From contig JAQOWU010000008.1 of the NCBI GenBank assembly GCA_030867685.1, forward strand, positions 1-64,000: DNA of 64,000 nt, written 5' to 3'. A model generated the notes under the pieces. It saw only the letters and a list, made by a program, of their open reading frames with translations. It searched no databases and was not told the DNA's origin. The translations under genes and the position numbers were made by a program. The DNA is from Wickerhamiella versatilis (taxonomy: Eukaryota). Shown in pieces: positions 40,631-50,909 of this stretch. Every line of letters starts with the position of its first letter. Position 1 is the stretch's first letter.

Positions 40631-43600
40631 CTAGATAAGAGCTGCGATAGCGAGACCAGCTACAGCAAGCAAACCCGCAGGTTTTAGCGCACTTCCTGAG
40701 TCTTTAGTCGAGGCAGCAGAAGTTTTATCTGTCCCATTCTTCACAGAACTCGAACTCGATAGCGTAGGTGCCGCGCGGGCCTTTAATGTCATTGTACCTG
40801 CGTGCAGATAAGATGTAGCTTGGGCCCTACCGGTTGCTGTGATCGTTCCTGTGATGAGAGAGCTTTCTGAGCAGGGGACCGAGAACACAGATGTCCATGA
40901 GGATTGAGAGCAAGTACGTGGAGTCGAGTTACAGGCAGACAACTTGGAAACATTGACAGCGTCTTTGTTTATATCCTTTCCAATTGAGTTGACAAGGGAA
41001 TTGAACACAAAGATGTAGCCATTGACACTCGATACCTCAGCACAGTCAATCAAACATGGCTGGTTTTCTAGCTTGGAGTCCAAACTCTTCATCAGCGATG
41101 AGAGCTTCGAGTTAACGTCATTGAATTCGGAAAAGCAAGTAGGACATTGTTCAAAACTATAATGTACCTGGCTTTGGGTCATAAGCTCAAGGTACGATCC
41201 GAAAATCACGCCTATGTAGTGGAGCAAATCCTGACTGTCATCACTCTTGAAACAGCTTACTGAAGAAACCAAAGAGTCCACATCGGAGATTTCCCCTGAA
41301 ATAGTTGACAAAAGCTGGGATATTTGGTCAGGACCGACTCCAGATAAAATTGCGCCCTGGAGCTTGGAGTTAGCTCTATTAAGCTTGTCTAATACAGAAT
41401 CTGGAAGATCCGATGAACAGCTACCACCAGCCGGTTCACTTCCTACCATGGTACAGTAGCAACTGCCTGAGGAAGTAAGTATAGAGGAGGAGGACGATCT
41501 AACAGGCCTTGATGTAGATGGGAAGTGTTCTGAGGTTGAGGATATTTCAGGTCCTGATGTAGATGGAGACACAGACGATCGACTGGGTTCTGGGTATTTC
41601 GACGATCCACTGTGTCCTGGAGTAGACGACTTAGCATTTCCTGAGGTAGACGGAGATACAGACGATCCACTGTGTCCTGGAGTAGACGACTTAGCAGTTC
41701 CTGAGGTAGATGGATATACAGAAGATCCGCTATGTCCTGGAATAGATGGTTTACCAGTTCCTGAGGTAGATGGAGAGACAGAAGATCCGCTATGTCCTTG
41801 GGTGGACGGTTTACCAGTTCCTGAGGTAGACGGAGACACAGACGATCGACTGGGTCCTGGGTATTTCGACGATCCGCTATGTCCTGGAGTAGATGGTTTA
41901 CCAGTTCCTGAGGTAGATGGAGATACAGATGATCTGACAGAGACAATCGAAGGGATATTTGTGGGCACAGAATCCGTAGGTCTACTCTTGCTTGACAATG
42001 TTATGACTAAGGTGCTAGTCTGTGAAGACGCACAAGGGAAGGGTATAATAGTTGTAACAGTTGATGCTTTGCACTTTGTCTTACCATCACTACAAACAGT
42101 AAATGGTGTAATAGCATCCACAGACATATCGAATATCGAGCCGAGCTGCTTGACAGTTGCTTCAAGGTGGCTGAGATCGGCGTTCACCTTACCGACTGCA
42201 TCACAGTCAACACAACACGGGTTCTGGGACAACCAGTCATTATAATTGGATACGAGCTTCCCAAGCTGCTGATCTGCGGAGTTGATTGTAGGCATCCATG
42301 TCTTGCACGAGTCAATCTCCTCAGAAGGAAGACTTGCTAGCTCGTCAAGTATCTTTGTGTACCATAAAATTAACTTGGCAAAATCACCAAGCAGGTAGTT
42401 GGACGCTTCTGCGCTGAGACAATCGATATCTTGCTTCACCTTTTGGAAATTGTCGATTCCCGACGCAACCTCAGAAACCTGTTTGGCTAAAGTCTGGTTG
42501 CTCACTCCTGCAGCAGCAGCATCCTGTAACAAGTTTTGGGTATCAGTCAACAGTTTAGTAGCAGTTTCACTAAGGCCCGAGGTACACTGACATACATCAC
42601 CCGACGAAACCACTTCAGTAGAATAGCATGTTACATTTGCAGAGGCAGCAGCACTAAAATTGGGTGCTTCCGAAGATACAGAGGTACTATGTGTGCTGGA
42701 AACTGTGGGAGGCGTACTAGTCCGCTGCAACGTACTACTTTCTCGCTTTGGTGTGGGAGTTTTGACAGTGACGTCAGGTACTGAATAAATTTGGGAACCG
42801 ATGGTGTGAATATCAGCAGTACTGACTGTGGTAGGGAACGAGCCAGTCCACTGCACAGTAGTAGTTTCTCCCTTTGGTTTGGGGGTTTTGACAGTGACGT
42901 CAGGTACTGAATAAATTTGAGAACCGATGGTGTGAACATCAGCAGTACTGACTGTGGTAGGGAATGAGCCAGTCCACTGCACCGTAGTAGTTTCTCCCTT
43001 TGGTGTGGGGGTCTCTACAGTGACTATTGGCTCGGTGAACGTCTCACCATAAGTGATAATTGTCTCCTTAGCACTTATTGTGGTAGGGAATGTACCAGTC
43101 CACGCGATTGTAGATGTTTCACCTTCAAACGTAGGGGTCTCTACAGTGACTGCTGGCTCGGTGAATATCCGATCATAAGAGCTAATTGTCTCCATACCAT
43201 TTATGGTGGTAGGGAACGTACCAGTCCACGCGATTGTAGATGTTTCACCACCTAGAGTAGGCGGCCTTATAATAATCTCACCTTGAGTTGTGTGCGGTCC
43301 TGTAGCTTCCGTGAAATATGTCGTCGTAAACGGCTCATACCAAGGTACGGTTTTAGTGGCTTCAGCGCAGCGCTCCTCGTCACTTCTAACTTGGTATATT
43401 TGTTCCAGTGGGGCATAAGTCTCACTGCCAGGGTATCGCACGCTGATATTAAGAGATGCCGTCCTCTCATAGTTGATATATACTATCTCCGTAGGATACA
43501 TCCAGCCAGCTTCCAAGTAGAATACGGCTTCACGGGCTCTGGTGTTGTCATGCTGCTCATCGTCCCCTTCACCGAACGTGTTCACTGCAATCTTAGTACC

Positions 43601-44101
43601 AGCGATTTCACTTACGGGTCCACAGCATGTGCCGCCATTTCCGAGGCGAAACCCTATCCCATCGTCAGCAGCGAACCTGAAGGCATATTGTCCGGTTGCA
43701 GGAGGGAAGAAAAAGCCCGTCATATTCATTGCAAAATCTGAGCTCACAATAGATTTACCGTACAAGAAGTCAAATTGTGTACCAGGTTTATAATCCGGAT
43801 TTAGCAAAAAGTTCACGTCAGATCCTTCTACTCCGCTTGATTTTACCACATCTCCGGCTGTATCCACCATGGCTCCATATTTTGTGAAGCCATCAACCAA
43901 TATCTGTTCATCGTTATTGACAGATTTGTCGTCATAGTCCCAATTCCAGAAATCTACATTGAAGCCTTTTGACCCAGTAGAGGTAGGTAGAGGACATCCA
44001 TTAGGGGTCAAAGTAGGTACAGCAGTAGATTGGGCATTCACCAAAGAGAATCCGAGAACTAGGACGGATATGGCCAAGCTTGGCATCCCAGTGACTGTCA
44101 T
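40631..44101 (-). CDS. GPI-anchored flocculin-like adhesin: PA14/GLEYA lectin domain, Flo-type Thr repeats, two Cys-rich domains and Ser/Gly/Pro repeats
   Basis: Signal peptide; GFFFPPATGQYAFRFAADDG (Ca-binding DD), YLEAGWMYP; 41-aa W-T-G-T/S-F-P-T-T repeats; hydrophobic C-terminal GPI-type signal. Confidence 0.9.
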   Translation of the reverse strand: MTVTGMPSLAISVLVLGFSLVNAQSTAVPTLTPNGCPLPTSTGSKGFNVDFWNWDYDDKSVNNDEQILVDGFTKYGAMVDTAGDVVKSSGVEGSDVNFLLNPDYKPGTQFDFLYGKSIVSSDFAMNMTGFFFPPATGQYAFRFAADDGIGFRLGNGGTCCGPVSEIAGTKIAVNTFGEGDDEQHDNTRAREAVFYLEAGWMYPTEIVYINYERTASLNISVRYPGSETYAPLEQIYQVRSDEERCAEATKTVPWYEPFTTTYFTEATGPHTTQGEIIIRPPTLGGETSTIAWTGTFPTTINGMETISSYDRIFTEPAVTVETPTFEGETSTIAWTGTFPTTISAKETIITYGETFTEPIVTVETPTPKGETTTVQWTGSFPTTVSTADVHTIGSQIYSVPDVTVKTPKPKGETTTVQWTGSFPTTVSTADIHTIGSQIYSVPDVTVKTPTPKRESSTLQRTSTPPTVSSTHSTSVSSEAPNFSAAASANVTCYSTEVVSSGDVCQCTSGLSETATKLLTDTQNLLQDAAAAGVSNQTLAKQVSEVASGIDNFQKVKQDIDCLSAEASNYLLGDFAKLILWYTKILDELASLPSEEIDSCKTWMPTINSADQQLGKLVSNYNDWLSQNPCCVDCDAVGKVNADLSHLEATVKQLGSIFDMSVDAITPFTVCSDGKTKCKASTVTTIIPFPCASSQTSTLVITLSSKSRPTDSVPTNIPSIVSVRSSVSPSTSGTGKPSTPGHSGSSKYPGPSRSSVSPSTSGTGKPSTQGHSGSSVSPSTSGTGKPSIPGHSGSSVYPSTSGTAKSSTPGHSGSSVSPSTSGNAKSSTPGHSGSSKYPEPSRSSVSPSTSGPEISSTSEHFPSTSRPVRSSSSSILTSSGSCYCTMVGSEPAGGSCSSDLPDSVLDKLNRANSKLQGAILSGVGPDQISQLLSTISGEISDVDSLVSSVSCFKSDDSQDLLHYIGVIFGSYLELMTQSQVHYSFEQCPTCFSEFNDVNSKLSSLMKSLDSKLENQPCLIDCAEVSSVNGYIFVFNSLVNSIGKDINKDAVNVSKLSACNSTPRTCSQSSWTSVFSVPCSESSLITGTITATGRAQATSYLHAGTMTLKARAAPTLSSSSSVKNGTDKTSAASTKDSGSALKPAGLLAVAGLAIAALI
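41550..41930 (-). repeat. Intragenic minisatellite (60-bp-based units; SSVSPSTSGTGKPSTPGHSG)
   Basis: Recurrent CCTGAGGTAGAYGGAGA..CAGA.GATC at about 60-bp spacing. Confidence 0.9.
42745..43255 (-). repeat. Intragenic 123-bp Flo-type repeats (about 4 copies)
   Basis: GETSTIAWTGTFPTTI twice and GETTTVQWTGSFPTTV twice. Confidence 0.9.
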
Positions 44102-45591
44102 AACGACAACTACATGGCAGGCAGCATGCGGTATTCTTTCTACATTACCCTTACCCTACAATCTTTTTCCAGTTCGTCTTTTCTTATCGTTCGAACCTCC
44201 AAAGTAAATTGACTCTAATTTTTTTTTCCTCAAAAGAAGATAATAACAATATCCTATAGTATTCTAAGTTACAGATACTGTGTTTGTCCCCAAAATATCT
44301 CAAGCAGTCCCGAAGGGATCTTCACAATAGCTGCACATGCGAGGTACCCTAGCCTTCGATGGCCCCGGTCAGTTTAAGCCACATACCACACAGTAATGGG
44401 ATACCTCAACTTTGCTCAAAATTCAACAAATGCGACGTCTTGTCATGTTCTGAAATGGAGCTAACTCCTGTTATGGTGTGTGGAAACTAATCCCACTCTC
44501 AAATCTTACCTCTGCCTATTTTCGACGTATGAGCTATTTATAGTGGAGTGGGCTTCCTACTGCTCTATATCTGCGGCTACTAAATGACTGTGATAATTGC
44601 TCTGTTAATGAAAAACAGGTTATTATTTACTCAGTTTGACTAATGGTTATTTATCTCGCATTGACAAACCAGAGGGTAAGGCAAGACGCAGTTGTACAAA
44701 ATTTTGCAGAGTGTTTAGGGTACAATGCCGTGCGGCTCGGTTGATCCGTGCATAGATGAGTGAATGTTGCATTTGAGCTAGAAAGAGGTGTAATGTCACA
44801 AACGCTATAAGCTTTATATGTAGTATACCACTGTCAGCTGTATAACCCGATCAGCTCCTCGGGCTGAGTGATCTTTTAGACTTTTATCATCTCGTAAAGG
44901 GCCTGTATCGAGTCATTTGCCGATCTATATCTATATTTATTGCTCCGCATTGTCCAAAATAGTTTATCCTGTACACAAAGCTGACACAAGAAGCTTCGTT
45001 GTGACGGTGCAAACCGAGCTGTTCGAGGTGTGAAGCCAAGATGACTTCATCGCGGGGTCTATCTGAATGATCTCAGCATGAATACGATCGCAAACACTGA
45101 TAATTGAAATATGCAGAAAGTCGTCAATCAAAAAATGCCACAATTTTCAAGATACTGCCTATAGAGATGTAAATAGGTGCAAGGGAAAGCTTGGACTCTT
45201 CATCGACATATAATAAGTCATTGTTACGTAATCAATAAACGTAGGTCCATAGCATTCGAAGCTAACTCTCAAATATATACCGTAACCGCTAAATACGGCA
45301 TATACAGAGCTTTTGCATTGTCATTAGATAGCAATTCTTCGTCTCTTCGGAACTTGAGAGGTTTATTTCTTTCTCATGGCATGTACGGAGGGCTATACAG
45401 AAGGCTATCTTATCTTGCATAGTCAGTAAAGCTTCTTCTTGTCCTTAAAGTAGCAAAGCAGCTATACCAGGGGATATCTAATGGAACGAATTCCGCTCAA
45501 AAGGAATATAGTACTTCAGCCGAAAGTATATCCGCCAAACTGATTTGCTGGTCGTAATGGAGTCAAATAATATATATAGATATATCGCGTC

Positions 45592-45711
45592 CAATTTTGT
45601 AGTGAGTGACCGCTTATTTCTTATTTCTTATTCCTTATTAGCTGGATTAATGAGAAGTTTCAGGTCAGGATGAGATCTAAGTCAGTTCCATCCAGTCTCA
45701 GGTAGCGAAGT
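45592..45711 (+). repeat. About 60-bp direct repeat, right copy (45592-45667), followed by a 41-bp unit relic (45687-45711)
   Basis: Matches 40395-40456 with an internal TTATTTC expansion, then TCCATCCAGTCTCAGGTAGCGAAGT. Confidence 0.8.
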
Positions 45712-45995
45712 TCGGTAATTTTCCGAATCATGCATTTGTATCTTTGATAAGCTGCACGTGTCTGCACTCTCATGTGTGTTTGCCGGAATACGCTGTCTTA
45801 TTGATTACAGACAGGTTTTGTTTTTGAAGGAACCGAGTTGAGATTTGTGAACAAAGGTAGATATCCATCCCTGTATTTGAGTTCTCTGAATTATAGTCAA
45901 CGAGACAAAGTGCTCCCTCAGCCCATAAACTAGTAAGAGCACATATAAACGGCCTTTTTCAAGTAAGATCTACGCAATTTTTTTTATCGCAATAT

Positions 45996-46412
45996 ATGCT
46001 TTTCTTCCTACCGCTTCTCGCTTCCTTGTCTGCTACAACTATTTCCCTGTTATTAACTTCAACAGATAGTCAAATTCCCCACCAGCTCGTTGGCGTCATT
46101 GATGGTAACAAAATAGGCGTTAAAGCAGCCCAGCCAGTGAGCCTAGAACTCAGCAATGCGGGAATCGCCTCTGTTGTCGGCAGTAACGGGAGCGTTCTCA
46201 ATAAGGCCGATGATAATTCCATTATTGTCTCGCCAAATACTGTTGGATCTAATTCATGGTCATTCACTATAGGATCTAGTCTTACCCCATTTGAATACCT
46301 GGGCGGTGATGTGTATTCTCTTTGTCTTGACAATGGCCTAGTTTATGTTTATCAGGCACCAGGAAATTGTACGCGTCCTGTAAGCGCCAGCCTGCTTGGC
46401 GAAACTATGTAA
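45996..46412 (+). CDS. Small secreted or cell-wall protein (138 aa)
   Basis: Signal peptide MLFFLPLLASLSA, Ser/Gly-rich, two C-terminal Cys; TATAAA at about 45944. Confidence 0.6.
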   Translation: MLFFLPLLASLSATTISLLLTSTDSQIPHQLVGVIDGNKIGVKAAQPVSLELSNAGIASVVGSNGSVLNKADDNSIIVSPNTVGSNSWSFTIGSSLTPFEYLGGDVYSLCLDNGLVYVYQAPGNCTRPVSASLLGETM

Positions 46413-46640
46413 AAAAAAATAAAAATATTATAGTGGTATAAAATTTATTCCTATCTTTACTGCGTACTGAAAAAGAGTAACAGACAGACAATAGATGGAA
46501 TCAAAGAAAAAAAAGCAGCAGTTTTGGTGTCCAGAAGAAGATTAATACTTTTCTCAATGAGTTTTGATAGGAATAGAACGCTGAATCATCCTATATAAAC
46601 ACATTTGCTATAAAGTCACTGCAACAAAGCCCCTCCAACA

Positions 46641-48749
46641 TCAAATTATTTGACAGGTTTCGGATGAAAACTCGTCAAGATTTTCTAGACAGATATCATC
46701 CCAAGCTACAAATTTTGAAGGTAACTCCGTATCAGACGGCGTGGATGTGGGAACTGAAGCGTTCATAGCTGGCAAACTTTTCTGTTGATCCTTACCTCGC
46801 CTCAAAAGAAGAAGACAATCCAGCTTTATATCGAATAGTTTATCGAAAACTGTAGGGTACCCTTCAGTCATAGCAGATTGGATTAAAGTTATGTCCTCTT
46901 CCAATGTTTCGTTCTTTGGAAACATCACATAATAAAGAAACAGTATATGATGTGCAGTGATCAAGCAGAAGTGATACAAAGGATGGTTTGGTCGCTTCAA
47001 AACCTTCCTGACTGTTTTCGTGAGGCAAAATATTTGTCGAGCAGCATCTGTCGCTATGTTGAGCGACTGGGTTGTCTTTAAATCTATGTCACTGGTATTG
47101 GCATCAACCGGAAAAGAGTAAACAAATGCAGGCAATGCATGAAGGTGCGCTTTCAAAGCAAAAAAATAAATATTCAAATTAAATAACATGAAACTGATAA
47201 CTGCTGGCGCCGGGGCCGGGGTCTCTGTTGAGGTAGCTAAGTAAAAGTAGCCATCTTCCGACGGAACTCTCATGCCTACTGGCAAAAGTGATCTCCAGGC
47301 ATCTAATTCGGCATCAAGAGATTGTATGCTTTCGAAAATTAGGGACTGCGGTCTCTCTAGAGCCTTTCGAGAAAGGACATTCTCATAACATTTCTGGTAA
47401 ATCTGACAAAGAGCCAACTGATAAGTGTGGAGCCGGATTTCTTGATTATCCTCCAAGCAGATATTTTTGAGAGGGTCAGAATTTCCATAGTCACGAATGT
47501 TTAGCGGCTGAGAAGTCCATAGCGATTGATGACAATCTAGTTTCCGTAATAATTGCCAAACAGTATGATTCCGAATCCATGACGCTACATCTGTGTTTCC
47601 AGGATTTTCCTTATTGTCAAGACCTAACAGCTGGCCAGTGGAATGAGCTAATGCCAAAGCTTGGACATTATGAGATATAGGAACAAACCAAGTTGTAACT
47701 AGAACATGCAATACAAGAACGCGGAATGAAGTTGAATTCTGTGGCAATATTCCAGCTAAGGACAAGCTCTGAGTGGATTTCATAAATGCACTGTGCAGTT
47801 GCTGTTCTATGAATTCCTTGGATAACCTGTGCTTTATATCTAGAAGTCGCATGTATCCAATTATAATTAGTACAATCGACGACTTTATGATTTCAGATAC
47901 TTCAGAAGTATCGTTAAATGCATAAGCGGCCTCTTCCGGGGTCACAATGCTATGAAATTCACCACTCTTCAACTTGCAGAATTCTTCGAAACAATAAAAT
48001 TTAAATTTGCTGTCCAGCTCCGAAGGTGCGGCTCGCCCTCGCAGAAGCAAAGCCTTTTTTTGGTCCTCATGGGTTTTCTGGGTTACTTCCATTAATCGAA
48101 ACATTTTCTCAGCTAGTCGAGGTTGTCCTATTTTGACAGCGGTCAACCGAATATTGGAACGTGTACATAGCAGTGCTAGAAGCGAATGGTTGTAAACCCA
48201 ACGGCCAGAATTCTCATTAGGGTCAGTTATTTCAAATCTCAGAGGTCGCAAGTCTTCTAAAGATTTGTAATTGTTACCTCTTTCTCTCGGATGCATTTGT
48301 GGGAGTCTAACGCTTTGATCAATACGTGTAGCTGTATTGAGTAAAGCAATAGGATCTCTCCTGCTATATTGTGGAATTACTGCCTGCTTCCTACTATCAA
48401 TATGGTGCATGATATATTCAAGCAATCCTTCAAGATGTTGCATACGCTTGTCTAGAGTTTTCTCCGGGCCAGAGTCATCATGGATGGATAGCATAGGTTT
48501 CAAGTTGAGTTTGTGAATTATACCGCCAATAAGTGCCTCTAGACGCCGTATAGACATCATAATATCCTGCACCAACAATACAAGATCCGATTTCGAATAA
48601 TGACAAACAAACCCTGACCGAACACATTGATCACATCTTGGACGGCTGGAATCACAGCGTATCTTGCGTTGGCGGCATTTATCGCACGCCTCAGGTGCCC
48701 GTTTCCTGTTTTTCTCTGACTGTCCTAGAGATTTCTTACTTGAAATCAT
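46641..48749 (-). CDS. Zn(II)2Cys6 transcription factor
   Basis: ACDKCRQRKIRCDSSRPRCDQCVRSGFVC; fungal TF domain (LDAELDAWRSLLP). Likely ATG at 48749. Confidence 0.9.
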   Translation of the reverse strand: MISSKKSLGQSEKNRKRAPEACDKCRQRKIRCDSSRPRCDQCVRSGFVCHYSKSDLVLLVQDIMMSIRRLEALIGGIIHKLNLKPMLSIHDDSGPEKTLDKRMQHLEGLLEYIMHHIDSRKQAVIPQYSRRDPIALLNTATRIDQSVRLPQMHPRERGNNYKSLEDLRPLRFEITDPNENSGRWVYNHSLLALLCTRSNIRLTAVKIGQPRLAEKMFRLMEVTQKTHEDQKKALLLRGRAAPSELDSKFKFYCFEEFCKLKSGEFHSIVTPEEAAYAFNDTSEVSEIIKSSIVLIIIGYMRLLDIKHRLSKEFIEQQLHSAFMKSTQSLSLAGILPQNSTSFRVLVLHVLVTTWFVPISHNVQALALAHSTGQLLGLDNKENPGNTDVASWIRNHTVWQLLRKLDCHQSLWTSQPLNIRDYGNSDPLKNICLEDNQEIRLHTYQLALCQIYQKCYENVLSRKALERPQSLIFESIQSLDAELDAWRSLLPVGMRVPSEDGYFYLATSTETPAPAPAVISFMLFNLNIYFFALKAHLHALPAFVYSFPVDANTSDIDLKTTQSLNIATDAARQIFCLTKTVRKVLKRPNHPLYHFCLITAHHILFLYYVMFPKNETLEEDITLIQSAMTEGYPTVFDKLFDIKLDCLLLLRRGKDQQKSLPAMNASVPTSTPSDTELPSKFVAWDDICLENLDEFSSETCQII

Positions 48750-49513
48750 GGACGCGGTGATTATTAAGCAACACAAAACGGTTAAATACGGCACATAAAT
48801 CAAGCATTTTTTCTGAATTTCGTTATTTAAATAGCACTTTTTGTTGAAATAACCTTCAACTAGCGTAATTAGTCTCAATATATGGCAATATCGAGCTCTG
48901 GAGTTTGCGGCTATCCATGAATGCAACAATACATCTGCTAAATATCCTCCAAAAAAAATTCTAGACGTACGCTGACTGGTTCTCTCAATTGATCTAGGAC
49001 AGTCTAATCACCTTTTTTAGCGTACAATGTCATAATGTGATCCGACGGGATAAAGTATTACTAGCAAATGTATGATTCGGCGGTTTGCCGAATGCTGCAG
49101 ATAGTATCCCGCGTAATATCGCGGTATGCAGTGCATGTGCGTGTGGGTAATGCCACTGATAAAGGCCTGAATTAGAAGTCCTCTGATCAGGCAGAGTATT
49201 TTTTAGAGATTAAATACGTGTGAGCTTGCGATGAATTATTATTCCTAGTTTTAATAAGACAAATATGACGGGTTATAATAATAGAGCTATAGAAAAGTGA
49301 AGAGCTTCAAAATTAGAGCTGCAAAGAATAAAATCTTTCGTACAGACTACACTATACTAGCGGGATTTAAGATCCCTTCTGAGTCTGATTGCACCCTAGA
49401 ATTTCATCGCCTGTGTTGTGTTATAGCTTATCATCCTCAGGTGAGGCATGTACCTCTACATTCGGCGTTATCGCCCAACCTATCGTCGCTGCTTGTGACG
49501 GCAAGCTAAACGA

Positions 49514-50782
49514 TTATCCCCCCACAATATTGTTCTCAAGATCAATGTCAGGGTCATGTTCATATAACCATGACAGACTCCTATGGTTAACTTCCTTGTA
49601 CCGGCTTCGATATTCTTGATCATTTTGAGCTGACCAAATGTACTTTCGTTTAATGGCATCCAGAGATAGTTGCTTCTCTATTCGATTTAATACACCTGTA
49701 CGTGTTTTGTTGAATATACTCAATGCCCAAGGGATGTTGTAATTATGAGTGTAATGTGGTAACTTCTCAGGAAGCTCCTGAGGCAGAGATCTTAGTAGAG
49801 CTTGATATAGAACCCAGACATCGTTAAAGCCAAAGTTTGCCCCACTGCCGTAAGCTCCCGATGTTGGATGTGCCGCATCGCCTATGAATGCTAAACGGTC
49901 CCCCATCACTAAATTCTTTAACCATGGGGCCGATTCAAGGGGATAAGCCTTGAAATGCTCCACACTTACTCGATCGAATACTTGTGAAACAAAGGGGTTC
50001 CATCCTTCCAGTCTCTGTCTTATGCGCTCTAAATCGTCGGGTTCGATTCTGCGACGTCTCGTGAATCGCTCAGCCACTCCAAATGGCTCCTGAAGTTGTG
50101 CACCGACATTGTAGATACCGGAATTACCGACTTTGGTGAGAAAGCAGACACCGGTTTTGCCAGGATAGATGCAATTCTCATCGGGTAATCCAGGTATATC
50201 CTGCACAAGCTTCAGGGGAACAATCGAGCGATAAGCGATAATACCACGATACTGCGCTCCACTCTCCGGATAAAATTGTTGCCTTATTTTGGAATGGATT
50301 CCATCCGCAGCAATAACTAAATCTGCGGAAATTCTTTCCGGTATATGACTAAAACACACTTCAGCATGGTCAGAGAAGATGTTAACGCTAGATGCGTTGT
50401 ATCCATAGGAGATTATACCTAGAGGAACAAATTTCAGTAATTTCTCATGTAGATCAGTTCTTAAGCATCGTCCACCATGCAACTTAGGTTTTCTGTAGGA
50501 CGACGACCTCTTGGTTCCGATAATATCGCCATACTTCCAGTGGCGCTCAGCAGTTACTCCACGATACAAAATAGGTTCTATATCGCTGATATTGAGAATA
50601 TCATTAAGTACCTGCATACCGCTGTCTGTAACACCTATAGATTCGCCAATCTCATGAGGCGACGGCGCTTTTTCGTACACGGCAACTCGCACATTCGGCA
50701 GTTTCGAGAAGGCAATAGCCGCAGCAGCGCCTACAAGACCACCACCAATAATAATGATTTTGAGTGCTCTCTCTTTTTCCAT
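49514..50782 (-). CDS. FAD-dependent monooxygenase (salicylate hydroxylase-like, group A)
   Basis: GGGLVG Rossmann motif, DLVIAADGIHSKIR (DG motif), FIGDAAHPTSGAYGSGA (GD motif). Confidence 0.92.
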   Translation of the reverse strand: MEKERALKIIIIGGGLVGAAAAIAFSKLPNVRVAVYEKAPSPHEIGESIGVTDSGMQVLNDILNISDIEPILYRGVTAERHWKYGDIIGTKRSSSYRKPKLHGGRCLRTDLHEKLLKFVPLGIISYGYNASSVNIFSDHAEVCFSHIPERISADLVIAADGIHSKIRQQFYPESGAQYRGIIAYRSIVPLKLVQDIPGLPDENCIYPGKTGVCFLTKVGNSGIYNVGAQLQEPFGVAERFTRRRRIEPDDLERIRQRLEGWNPFVSQVFDRVSVEHFKAYPLESAPWLKNLVMGDRLAFIGDAAHPTSGAYGSGANFGFNDVWVLYQALLRSLPQELPEKLPHYTHNYNIPWALSIFNKTRTGVLNRIEKQLSLDAIKRKYIWSAQNDQEYRSRYKEVNHRSLSWLYEHDPDIDLENNIVGG

Positions 50783-50909
50783 TACCGTATAAGACCTAAA
50801 CTTTTATCAAAAATAATCAGTTGTCATATACCTAACATAGCTGATTGATTATATCAGCTAATCACGCAAGAACCATGATAAAAACGTCATTAAACTTATT
50901 ATTCACGAT

